DNA from: Planctomycetales bacterium
GTDB taxonomy: Bacteria > Planctomycetota > UBA11346
Length of the DNA: 37,057 nt
Assembly (NCBI GenBank): GCA_025362255.1
Contig: JANYGY010000155.1
Coordinates: 1 to 37,057 of the forward strand
Reading direction: 5' to 3'
Made by a program: the position numbers and the translations under genes. The notes under the pieces were generated by a model. The model worked only from the letters and a program-made list of their open reading frames with translations. It was not told where the DNA came from and did not search any database. How positions within the stretch are numbered: position 1 is the stretch's first letter; each line of letters begins with the position of its first letter. Positions 1 to 8,022 of the stretch are shown here, piece by piece.

Positions 1-259
1 TGATCACCCCCGCCCCCAGAAATCCCATGCCGGCAAGCACGCCGGCCGCCAAGCGCGCCGGATCGCCGCCGAACGTGCCCGCCGCCGCGCGCGCCGTGGG
101 CAGCCATTCCGACAACACCATCGCCAGCGCCGCGGCGAACGCGACCAGGGTGGTCGTGCGCAAGCCCGCTGCCCGTCCACGTTTTTCGCGCTCAAGGCCC
201 AACGCGAGGCCGATGAGCAAAGCCGTTCCAAGACGCAGGAAGATGTCGGTGGGGGTCAT
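1..259 (-). CDS. MgtC/SapB family membrane protein, N-terminal part (gene runs off the left edge)
   Basis: Not in the supplied ORF track because there is no stop in the window. My own reverse-strand translation from ATG (259-257) gives MTPTDIFLRLGTALLIGLALGLEREKRGRAAGLRTTTLVAFAAALAMVLSEW...LAAGVLAGMGFLGAGVI. The LERE..R.AGLRT..LV and G.GFLGAG.I blocks are hallmark MgtC motifs. Confidence 0.65.
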   Translation of the reverse strand, partial: MTPTDIFLRLGTALLIGLALGLEREKRGRAAGLRTTTLVAFAAALAMVLSEWLPTARAAAGTFGGDPARLAAGVLAGMGFLGAGVI

Positions 260-359
260 AGCTGCCCAAACTTCTACATGAGCCTCCATCTGTGAAAATC
301 GAATAGCCGTCCAGGTCAATCGGAGTGGCAGGAAAAATCCTGGTTGAGCGAGCCTATTT

Positions 360-382
360 CTTTAATTGTGTGGCAATTAAAG
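360..382. promoter_or_regulatory. Inverted repeat CTTTAATTG-N5-CAATTAAAG, candidate operator of the downstream TA pair
   Basis: Perfect 9-bp arms read directly in an AT-rich patch of the divergent intergenic region, about 25-40 bp upstream of the toxin-like ORF. Type II TA operons are typically autoregulated at such palindromes. Confidence 0.35.
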
Positions 383-404
383 GGGGATAGGTCAAAATTC
401 GCAT

Positions 405-683
405 ATGCGCATTGCGGAGGTGGTCTGGGGCGACTGGAACCGCGAGCACATCACTGGCCATGGAGGTTCGGTGATCATGGCGGAGGCGGTCTTGCAAGAT
501 CCGGAGGTACGCATTCAGGTAACCAGACCGCGCACGGCAAAAGCTCAGGCGTTTGTGGTTACGCGAGACTGGACGGTGGTTTTTATTTTCGAGGCGATTG
601 AAGCGCGGGATGCCGTACGCGCGTACCCGATCACCATGTATCCGACCCGCCGAGGCGGACGCACCACACGGAGGCAACCATGA
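405..683 (+). CDS. BrnT-like (DUF497-type) toxin candidate
   Basis: 92-aa ORF. The N-terminus W.DWNREHITGHG.S...AEAVLQDP resembles the BrnT W...N..KHGV.F.EA..VF.DP block. It overlaps the downstream BrnA-like gene by 4 bp. An in-frame GTG at 420, just after GGAGG, is an alternative start. Confidence 0.45.
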   Translation: MRIAEVVWGDWNREHITGHGGSVIMAEAVLQDPEVRIQVTRPRTAKAQAFVVTRDWTVVFIFEAIEARDAVRAYPITMYPTRRGGRTTRRQP

Positions 684-1039
684 CCGACAAGAACCCCACG
701 CGCACCCCGTTGAACAATCCTGCCCTTGATCGAGCTTTTACTAAAGCGTTGCGTGATCTGCCGATTCCGCCGCAGGGAAGTGGCTTACCCCAGAGTCGGG
801 CCGATTTCGAACGCCTGGTGGCCCAGGCTGAGCGTGGCCTTCGCCCCGCCAAACGTGGACGCCCGGCCAAGGGTGGTCGTGGCGCCGTCACGCGCACCAG
901 ATCGATTCGCGCCCCAGATGTCCTCTGGACGCAGATTGAAGCATTGGCCGCTGCCCGCGGAGTAACGGTAAATCAAGCGACCGTGCTGGCGCTTGAGCGT
1001 CTCTTGCCGGCCCGTGGCGGGCCGACCAAAGCAAAATAA
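680..1039 (+). CDS. BrnA-like / ribbon-helix-helix antitoxin candidate
   Basis: 119-aa ORF. KRGRPAKGG...TRSIRAPDVLWTQIEALAAARGVTVNQATVLALERLL matches the BrnA pattern (RGRP, then a beta-strand ..iR.d.dvl.., then a helix ending N.aL...L). Its start overlaps the stop of the upstream ORF. Confidence 0.5.
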   Translation: MTDKNPTRTPLNNPALDRAFTKALRDLPIPPQGSGLPQSRADFERLVAQAERGLRPAKRGRPAKGGRGAVTRTRSIRAPDVLWTQIEALAAARGVTVNQATVLALERLLPARGGPTKAK

Positions 1040-1125
1040 GCGGCGAAGAAACCGCGAAGCCATCGGCTGGTGACCTCGAGTCGTTAGCCGGTTGCGCCGC
1101 GCGTCCGGGCGGCGGGAATGCCGAC

Positions 1126-2517
1126 ATGGATCATCTCATTCCCGCCTTGGTCGAAGCGGTGCGTCTGCTGGAACTCCAGGCGCCGTATGCCAGCGCGTAT
1201 GCGCGGCGGGATGCCGGCACCCAGGTGCGCATCGATTCGGCGACGACGTCGTGCCAGCCGGTGCCGCCGAATGCGGGGGTGACCCTGACGGCGTGGACCG
1301 GGGCGCGGTTTCTTGAAGAAAGCACCGATCGCCTGGACCCTGCGGGAATCGCAGCGTCGGCGGCGGCCTTGGCCGAGCGCGTGACGATGGCGGGGATCGT
1401 CCGCGATGGGTTGGCGCTGGAGCCCGGCGAACCGTTGCAGCGGTCCTTCGCGCAGGTCATGGCCGAGGACAGCCGCAGCGTGCCGGCCGCGACCAAGATC
1501 GAAGTCGCGCGGGCGTTGCGCGCGGCGGTCGCGGGTGAGCTGCTGCAAGAAGCGACGGCGGTGGTCGGCGATGTCCACGCAGAGATCGTGTTCGTCAATC
1601 GCACCCGGCGTCTGCATCAGCACCTGCACCGGGTGCGCCAGATCGTGCTCGGCATCTGGGCCAAGGATGGTGCGCAGGTGCAGCTTCATGGCGGCTTCGA
1701 GCGGATCGGCGGATGGGAGCATCAGCGCCTCGATGGCGCGTATCTGACCGACCTGCGCCGCGACGGCCCGCGCTTGATCGGAGCGCCGCGATTGAGCGAT
1801 CCGGGTGAACACACGTGCGTGTTCGATGGGGCCTTTGCCGGCATCTTCGCCCATGAGGCGTTCGGCCATGGCACCGAGCAGGATCTCTATCTGAAGGATC
1901 GCAGCGAGGGCGCGCACTGGTTGGGCAAACCCGTCGCGTCGCCGTTGGTGCAGATGTTCGATGACCCGGCGAACGGATGGGCGGCGAGTTATTTCTTCGA
2001 TGACGAGGGCACCCTCGCGCAGCCGACCGAGATCATCCATGACGGTGTGCTGGTCGCGGGACTGAACGATCGCTACAGCCATGCGGTGCTCGGGCATCGC
2101 GGCCTGAGCGTGCGCAAAACCGCCAATGGCCGGCGCGAAGCGTACGACCACAAACCGTACACGCGGATGACCAATACCTTCTTCGGGGCCGGCACTAGCA
2201 CCGTCGAGGAGTTGATCGCCGGAGTCGAGCGCGGCTATTTCCTGACCCATCCATCGAATGGCATGGAGGATCCCAAAGGGTGGGGCATCCAGCTCGAAGG
2301 CGCGATGGCCGAGGAGATCGTCGGCGGAAAACTCACCGGCCGGGTGTTCAGTCCGGTGGTCGTCACCGGCTCGGTGCCGCGCCTGCTGCACAGTGTCGAC
2401 GGCGTTGGCCGTGAGCTGGTCGAGGCCAGCGTCGGGATGTGCGGCAAGGGCTACAAGGAATGGGTGAAGGTCACCGACGGCGGCCCGGCGCTGCGCCTGC
2501 GTGCGGTCATCGCGTAA
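1126..2517 (+). CDS. tldD: TldD family metalloprotease
   Basis: 463 aa. Zinc-binding HExxxH motif in FAHEAFGHGTEQD. C-terminal block GMCGKGYKEWVKVTDGGPALRL is typical of the TldD/PmbA fold. A PmbA-like partner lies immediately downstream. Confidence 0.8.
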   Translation: MDHLIPALVEAVRLLELQAPYASAYARRDAGTQVRIDSATTSCQPVPPNAGVTLTAWTGARFLEESTDRLDPAGIAASAAALAERVTMAGIVRDGLALEPGEPLQRSFAQVMAEDSRSVPAATKIEVARALRAAVAGELLQEATAVVGDVHAEIVFVNRTRRLHQHLHRVRQIVLGIWAKDGAQVQLHGGFERIGGWEHQRLDGAYLTDLRRDGPRLIGAPRLSDPGEHTCVFDGAFAGIFAHEAFGHGTEQDLYLKDRSEGAHWLGKPVASPLVQMFDDPANGWAASYFFDDEGTLAQPTEIIHDGVLVAGLNDRYSHAVLGHRGLSVRKTANGRREAYDHKPYTRMTNTFFGAGTSTVEELIAGVERGYFLTHPSNGMEDPKGWGIQLEGAMAEEIVGGKLTGRVFSPVVVTGSVPRLLHSVDGVGRELVEASVGMCGKGYKEWVKVTDGGPALRLRAVIA

Positions 2518-2529
2518 ATTTTTATATCA

Positions 2530-3846
2530 ATGAAACCAGCCATGACTCTTGAACTGCTGATCTCCGCCCTCAAAGCCGCGCCCGGAGTCTGCCAATGGCA
2601 AATCACCGAAATCAGCGAATCGAGGCATGAGCGCTACCTGACTTTTCTCGCCGTCGAAAGTGAACGCCGCGCCGCCGCCACGCGCTGGAACGTATGGTTG
2701 GCGTTGAACCCCGAGGCTGGCCTCCAAGGCGAGGCCGCATTCACGCTGGGGTCCGCCGAAGACAGCAACGCCCTGGTCGAGCGGCTCACCAACGCCCTTG
2801 CCGCGGCAGCGGCAGCCCGCAATCCCGCGTGGCTGCTGCCGGCCCCCGGCGACGCCGGCACGGCGACCCCGCCCACTGATCCCGCGGCAGGATGCGATGG
2901 CGGATTGCTGGCGGACCCGGTGCAGGTGCTCGACGATCTGGTCGCGACTTTTCAGAGCGCAGTGCCCACCGATGTCCGACCAAGCACGTTGGAGCTGTTC
3001 GCAACCATCAGCGACCGCCGGCTGCTTAACCATCGCGGCCTGGATCTGCGTGATCGCAACACGCGCCTCTATGCCGAATTCGTATTGCTGCATCGGCCTG
3101 TGGGCGGCAAAGAAGCCGAATTCTACGATCGGGTCGAAGCCACCCGCGCGGCCGATCTGCACCTGGCTGAGCGGGTGACGGCCGCCGCCGCCTGCGTGCG
3201 CGATGGGGCGACCGCTTCGGCGCCGGTGGCCGGCGTGCAGCCCGTGCTGATCTGCGATGCCTACGCCGCCGAGTTGTTCGACTACTACGCGCACCACGCC
3301 GATGCCGCCCTGCATGTGCGGCGGATCACCGCCCTGCCCGAGGGTCACCCCGTCGTCGTGCGGCGAGGTGGCGATCGTCTAAACGTGACCTCGGATCCGC
3401 TGATCGCGAGCTTGGCCGCTTATGCTTTCGATCCCAATGGCTACGCCGCGACGCGCCAAGAACTGGTGCGCGACGATGTCCTGGTCGGAGTGCATGGCAG
3501 CGGGCGCTGGATGCAGGCCCTCGGTCGCCAGCCGCGCGGCGCCCGAGGCACGGTGGTGGTCGCTCCTGGAGTCAGCACCTGCGCGCAGTTGCGCCCTGGC
3601 ACTCTCGAGATCATCCGCTTCAGCGAATTTGGCCCGCGCGCCGACACCGGTGCTTTCAGCGGTGAAATCCGGCTCGCATATCTTCATCACGCAGACGGCT
3701 CGCGCACCGCGATCACCGGCGGCAGCGTCAGCGGCGTGATCAAAGACGCCTTGGCAGACGCCCGCTTCAGCAGCGAAGTAATCACCGTCGGCGAGTATCA
3801 TGGCCCCCAGGCAATCCGCGTGGCCGGGCTGACGGTCACCGCGTAA
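2530..3846 (+). CDS. PmbA/TldE family protein (non-catalytic partner of TldD)
   Basis: 438 aa with no HExxxH motif. The C-terminal region FSGEIRLAYLHHADGSRTAITGGSVSGVIKDALADARFSSE resembles the PmbA_TldD C-terminal domain. It starts 12 bp after tldD. Confidence 0.6.
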   Translation: MKPAMTLELLISALKAAPGVCQWQITEISESRHERYLTFLAVESERRAAATRWNVWLALNPEAGLQGEAAFTLGSAEDSNALVERLTNALAAAAAARNPAWLLPAPGDAGTATPPTDPAAGCDGGLLADPVQVLDDLVATFQSAVPTDVRPSTLELFATISDRRLLNHRGLDLRDRNTRLYAEFVLLHRPVGGKEAEFYDRVEATRAADLHLAERVTAAAACVRDGATASAPVAGVQPVLICDAYAAELFDYYAHHADAALHVRRITALPEGHPVVVRRGGDRLNVTSDPLIASLAAYAFDPNGYAATRQELVRDDVLVGVHGSGRWMQALGRQPRGARGTVVVAPGVSTCAQLRPGTLEIIRFSEFGPRADTGAFSGEIRLAYLHHADGSRTAITGGSVSGVIKDALADARFSSEVITVGEYHGPQAIRVAGLTVTA

Positions 3847-3855
3847 CCGAGCTCG

Positions 3856-5412
3856 TCACAGCCACCGCCACAAGCCGATCAGCACTGCTACAATGGCCAA
3901 TCGGATCAAGGTGGCACGCGGCCAAGGTGAGGGCGATGAAGGCTCTGCTGTGGCCGGATGGTCCGCCTGGGGATCGAGGAGCGCGGCCGGCATGCGCACT
4001 GGTTCGCACGGGACGAACACCAAGGGCCACAGCAGCAGGACGATGATTGGTGCCGGCGGCACGGGGACGCGACCCGGCAGCTGATCCGCAGCGGTGACGG
4101 CCCATACCAGCGACGACAGCGCGCTTTCTAGAATGAGGTACAGGCCTTCCCACGGGCCGTTGGGCCATGCTCCGGCGAGGCCGAGCAGCGGCAATCCGGT
4201 CCACAAGGCGACGGTGGTCGGCGGCGACACCAGCAAGGTCGTCAGCGGTGACCACGGACTGATGGTGCCGAAGGTCGCGACCAGCACCGGCGCAGTGGCC
4301 AGAGATGCAGCAGTGCCGATCGCGAGGCCATCGCACGTCGTGCGAGTCGCGAACAACAGCACCCGCCAGGTCGGACGGGTCAGCGGTAATGCGGCCAAAG
4401 GCAGCCACCGCTGACGCAAGTGCATCAGGTCGAGCCCCAGGGTCATGATCCCCAAAACCGCCGCGAGGCTGAGTTGAAAGCCGAGATCGTGCGCCACGCC
4501 CGGATCCCACAGCACCAGGGCCAACGCAGCGAGCGACACCGCGCCCAAGCGATGCGGTTCGCGCGCCGTCAGCGCATAGAGGGTCATCGCCAGCGCCATC
4601 GCCAAGGCGCGCACGGTGGCCGGGCTGGCGGCCGTTAACCACGTGTAGCCGATCAGCAGGGCCGCGAGGGCGAGTTGACGCGTCAACCAGCCGACGCCGA
4701 CTTGGCGCAGCAGCCACGCGCCCATCGCCGCGGCCAAGGCCAGATGCATGCCGCTGACCGCCAGCACGTGGACCAATCCCGTGCGCCGGAATAAATCCTG
4801 TTCAGGCGGCCGACCCATGCCGAGCAGCAGCGCGCCCGCGAGTTCACGATGTTGCTCGATCCGATCGAGCGCGCTCCACGCCGGACCACGGACGCCGGTT
4901 TCGCGCAGGCCGACGCGCTCGATCGACACCGCATCGAGGCGTTCGCCCCGCGTATCGCGCCGCCACAGGCCGCGCACCTGAACCCGGTCGCCCTCCAGCA
5001 TGCCGGGCATGGGAGGCGCCGAGACGAACAGGCGGCGCGGCAGATATCCGCTTGAATCAGCGGTTTTTTCAGGTGCGAGAATGAATCCCTGATGATGGCT
5101 GAGGTACAGCGAACTGCCGACCGTGCCGGTGACGTCGTATAAACGCGGGCCGAGGTCGCTGGTCCCGGGCGCGCTAGAACCGAGCCAGCCGCCAGCGGTG
5201 AGCGCCGCCAACGCCAGCAATGCCCGCGCGGCGTACGGCCAGCGCCCATCGACCGCGACCGCGGCCGGCGCTGCGAGCAACGCGATCCACCACCAATGAC
5301 CGGCGGCCAGCCCCGCGGCGCCCGCGGTCACCCCCAACGCCAGCCACGGCAGCCATGGCCGCGCCGCTTGGCGCAGCGGGGTATCGGTTTTCGACCACCA
5401 CGCAGGAATCAT
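3856..5412 (-). CDS. comEC: ComEC/Rec2 family membrane channel protein (competence domain only)
   Basis: Polytopic membrane protein with the ComEC signature LLLGMGR...LFRRTGLVHVLAVSGMHLAL. I prefer the start at MIPAWWSK (ATG 5412-5410) because it forms an ATGA overlap with the stop of the upstream lipoprotein gene. The track ORF starts at 5433. No C-terminal metallo-beta-lactamase domain is present. Confidence 0.7.
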   Translation of the reverse strand: MIPAWWSKTDTPLRQAARPWLPWLALGVTAGAAGLAAGHWWWIALLAAPAAVAVDGRWPYAARALLALAALTAGGWLGSSAPGTSDLGPRLYDVTGTVGSSLYLSHHQGFILAPEKTADSSGYLPRRLFVSAPPMPGMLEGDRVQVRGLWRRDTRGERLDAVSIERVGLRETGVRGPAWSALDRIEQHRELAGALLLGMGRPPEQDLFRRTGLVHVLAVSGMHLALAAAMGAWLLRQVGVGWLTRQLALAALLIGYTWLTAASPATVRALAMALAMTLYALTAREPHRLGAVSLAALALVLWDPGVAHDLGFQLSLAAVLGIMTLGLDLMHLRQRWLPLAALPLTRPTWRVLLFATRTTCDGLAIGTAASLATAPVLVATFGTISPWSPLTTLLVSPPTTVALWTGLPLLGLAGAWPNGPWEGLYLILESALSSLVWAVTAADQLPGRVPVPPAPIIVLLLWPLVFVPCEPVRMPAALLDPQADHPATAEPSSPSPWPRATLIRLAIVAVLIGLWRWL

Positions 5413-5831
5413 CGCACGTGTGCGGCAGGACAATGGCAGGGCTTGACGGTGATGATCTCAGACGGTTTTTTTCCAGTCCTCAAAAATTCAGCAAGCCACA
5501 GTGGTGCGAGTGGAATGTTGAGCGGCTGGGGCTGCGCGCGCAGCCAGCCAGCAGTTTTGGAATACTGCACGAAGCCATCGGCGCGCACCGCGACGATCGC
5601 GTCATCGTTGGCCGGCAAGCGCATCGCCAGCCGTCCGTGATCGTCGGCGTCGGCCAGCAGGATCTCGCCACCCGCTCCCGCGCTGCGCACTTCAACTGCG
5701 CGCGCCTGGATGACCGCCACGCCGGTGCCTTGATCATGCACGATGAAACGGGCATTTGCGCAACTGCTCAGTCCCAGACCGCATAGCGCGAGCCAGCCGA
5801 TGAAGACGCCAGTACGGAACACGGTTCGCAC
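5409..5831 (-). CDS. Small lipoprotein, unknown function
   Basis: GTG at 5831-5829 is preceded by GGAGG (GGAGGCAAC-GTG). The N-terminus (M)RTVFRTGVFIGWLALCGLGLSSC is a signal peptide with an L-S-S-C lipobox. The track ORF extends to 5906 without a signal-peptide-compatible N-terminus. Confidence 0.5.
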   Translation of the reverse strand: MRTVFRTGVFIGWLALCGLGLSSCANARFIVHDQGTGVAVIQARAVEVRSAGAGGEILLADADDHGRLAMRLPANDDAIVAVRADGFVQYSKTAGWLRAQPQPLNIPLAPLWLAEFLRTGKKPSEIITVKPCHCPAAHVR

Positions 5832-5952
5832 GTTGCCTCCGTTGCGGAGGGCCGACCCTGTGGCCTCGATCGCCTCCGTCAACGATGGCCAGTAGCCGCT
5901 CGCCAAGCGCCGCCTCTAGCCGCCTTCAGCCTCCATTTGAGTAGATGTCCCC

Positions 5953-7776
5953 ATGCCTGTGCTTCTTTCTGCTCGTGACCTGACTCGTACGGTCGGTGCC
6001 CGTCCCCTTTTCGAAGGCCTGACCTTTGACGTTCAAGATGACGAAAGAGTCGGCCTGATCGGGCCGAATGGTTGCGGCAAATCGACGCTGCTGCGGATTC
6101 TCGCGGGCATCGAGCAACCGGATGGCGGCGAACGCGCGGCCGCCCGTGGCATCCGCATGGGCTATCTGGCCCAGGCGGACACCTTCACCGAAGGCCAGCG
6201 CGCGATCGAGATCGTCGCCAAGGCCTTGGTCTCGATCGGCGTCGAAGCCCATGAGGCCGAAACTCAGGCCGAGGTCGAACTGCGCAAAGCAGTATTCGCC
6301 GATCCCTTCGCGACCGTCGGCTCGCTGTCCGGAGGCTGGCGCAAACGCCTGGCGGTGATCGCCGAAATGGTCAGAGCGCCGCAACTGCTGCTGCTCGACG
6401 AACCGACCAATCATCTCGATCTGGAAGGCGTGCTGTGGTTGGAGCGGCTGCTGGCCAACGCCCGCTTCGCCTTCGTCGTGGTCACCCATGACCGCGCCTT
6501 TCTGGAAGCCGTCGCCAACCGCATCGTCGAAATAAATCCCCGCCATCCAGGCGGCCATTTCCGCAGCGTCGGTGGCTACAACGATTTCCTGGTCAACCGC
6601 GATCTGGCGATCGCGGCGCAAGAGAAGAAGCAGGCGGTGCTGCAAAATCAGGTCGCCCGCGAAACCGAGTGGCTGCGTCGCGGCCCCAAGGCCCAGATGA
6701 AAAAGGCCCAGTCGCGCATCGCGGTGGCCCTCGATCGCCAGCAAGAACTCGCGGATGTGTCGTGGCGCAATGCCCAGACGAAAACCGCCGGCATCGATTT
6801 CACCGCCACCGGCCGCCGCAGTTCGGATCTGATCGTCGCCGAAAATCTGCGGGTCGATGTGCCGCTGGTCGGTGGCGGTGGCCGCACGCTGATCCGCTCG
6901 ACCGACTTCCAGCTTGGGCCGGGCGATCGGCTCGGCCTGCTCGGGCGCAATGGCAGCGGCAAGTCGACGTTGCTCAAGGTCCTCAACGGCGAAATCCCGG
7001 TCGCCGGCGGCACCCTGAAGCGCGCCCCAAGCCTGCGTGCGGTGTATTTCCGCCAAGATCGCGCCTCGTTGAATCCTGGGCAGACCTTGCGCCAAGCGCT
7101 GTGCCCGAATGGCGAAGCGGTGCAATTTCGCGAATCAAAGATCCACGTCATGTCGTGGGCCAAACGGTTCTGCTATCGCCCGGAGCAGATGGAGCAGCTG
7201 GTCGGCAGCATGTCGGGTGGTGAACAGGCGCGCCTGCTGATCAGTCAGCTCATGCTCAAAGCCGGTGATCTGCTGCTGCTCGACGAGCCGACCAACGATC
7301 TCGACATCGCGACTCTCGAAGTCCTCGAAGACGCGATCATGACTTTCCCCGGCGCGGTGGTGCTGGTGACCCATGACCGCTTCATGCTCGATCGCGTCAG
7401 CACCAAGCTGCTCGCGCTCGATGGCCACGGCAGCGCGACGCCGCATGCCGATTACTGGCAGTGGCAGACCGCGCAGCAGTCGTTGATCGCCAAGGAGAAT
7501 CCCAGTGCCGGTGGTCGTCCGGTGACGCCGGCGATCCCCACCCTGGCCGGCGCCGGTCTGGGCAAAAGCGAACGCCGCGAACTCGAACGCATGGGCGAAA
7601 AAATCCAGACCACCGAAGCCAAGCGCGACGTGCTGTATGTCCGCATGGGCGAACCCGCGGTGGCCTCTGACGCTGCGGCGTTGATGGCTCTGCAAGACGA
7701 GATCGATCAGCTGACGATCGAGATCGACCGGCTGTATGCGCGCTGGCAGGAGCTGGAAGCCAAGGCCGCGATTTAA
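5953..7776 (+). CDS. ABC-F family ATPase (Uup/YheS-like, no transmembrane domain)
   Basis: 607 aa with two ABC cassettes. Walker A motifs are GPNGCGKST and GRNGSGKST. Signature motifs are LSGGWRKRLAV and MSGGEQARLLIS. There is a C-terminal coiled-coil tail. Confidence 0.85.
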   Translation: MPVLLSARDLTRTVGARPLFEGLTFDVQDDERVGLIGPNGCGKSTLLRILAGIEQPDGGERAAARGIRMGYLAQADTFTEGQRAIEIVAKALVSIGVEAHEAETQAEVELRKAVFADPFATVGSLSGGWRKRLAVIAEMVRAPQLLLLDEPTNHLDLEGVLWLERLLANARFAFVVVTHDRAFLEAVANRIVEINPRHPGGHFRSVGGYNDFLVNRDLAIAAQEKKQAVLQNQVARETEWLRRGPKAQMKKAQSRIAVALDRQQELADVSWRNAQTKTAGIDFTATGRRSSDLIVAENLRVDVPLVGGGGRTLIRSTDFQLGPGDRLGLLGRNGSGKSTLLKVLNGEIPVAGGTLKRAPSLRAVYFRQDRASLNPGQTLRQALCPNGEAVQFRESKIHVMSWAKRFCYRPEQMEQLVGSMSGGEQARLLISQLMLKAGDLLLLDEPTNDLDIATLEVLEDAIMTFPGAVVLVTHDRFMLDRVSTKLLALDGHGSATPHADYWQWQTAQQSLIAKENPSAGGRPVTPAIPTLAGAGLGKSERRELERMGEKIQTTEAKRDVLYVRMGEPAVASDAAALMALQDEIDQLTIEIDRLYARWQELEAKAAI

Positions 7777-7813
7777 CGCGGGTACGACACTACCCAGACG
7801 AAGTGGTCGTGTG

Positions 7814-7884
7814 CCGCACGTGGCGTGGGCGGCTCGCCCATGTGCGGGTGACGAAGACACATGGGCGAGCCGCCCATGCCACGT
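7814..7884. repeat. REP-like element pair, head-to-head (copies 1 and 2)
   Basis: ACGTGGCGTGGGCGGCTCGCCCATGTG (7818-7844) and its inverted copy CACATGGGCGAGCCGCCCATGCCACGT (7858-7884) are separated by CGGGTGACGAAGA. Each arm holds an 8-bp stem (CATGGGCG/CGCCCATG) with a 3-nt loop. Confidence 0.85.
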
Positions 7885-7937
7885 AAAAGGCGCCGGTCGC
7901 ATCCGGAGCCGGTGGACATACCACGGACGATGCGATG

Positions 7938-8007
7938 CCGCACGTGGCATGGGCGGCTCGCCCATGTGCGGGTGATGAAGGCACCTGGGCGCGCCGCCCA
8001 AGTCACG
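7938..8007. repeat. REP-like element pair, head-to-head (copies 3 and 4, copy 4 degenerate)
   Basis: ACGTGGCATGGGCGGCTCGCCCATGTG (7942-7968), spacer CGGGTGATGAAGG, then the degenerate inverted arm CACCTGGGCGCGCCGCCCAAGTCACG (7982-8007). The architecture matches 7814-7884. Confidence 0.8.
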
Positions 8008-8022
8008 CGAGAGCAGACCGCT

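Noticed and set aside
1040-1125. Small RiPP or microcin precursor gene upstream of tldD/pmbA.
   Set aside because: The spacer is too short for an ORF with a start and RBS, and no McbBCD-like modification genes are present in the window.
1084-2391. 435-aa minus-strand ORF antisense to tldD. Similar long antisense or out-of-frame ORFs include 2527-3348, 3836-4717, 5926-7125, 9016-10959, 11942-13252, 13688-15016, 19206-21287, 23017-23877, 25823-26875, 26872-27669 and 28767-29831.
   Set aside because: Their composition is Arg/Gly/Pro/Ala/His-rich with no recognisable motifs. Each lies opposite or out of frame to a gene with clear family signatures. Long spurious ORFs are expected in GC-rich DNA because stop codons are rare.
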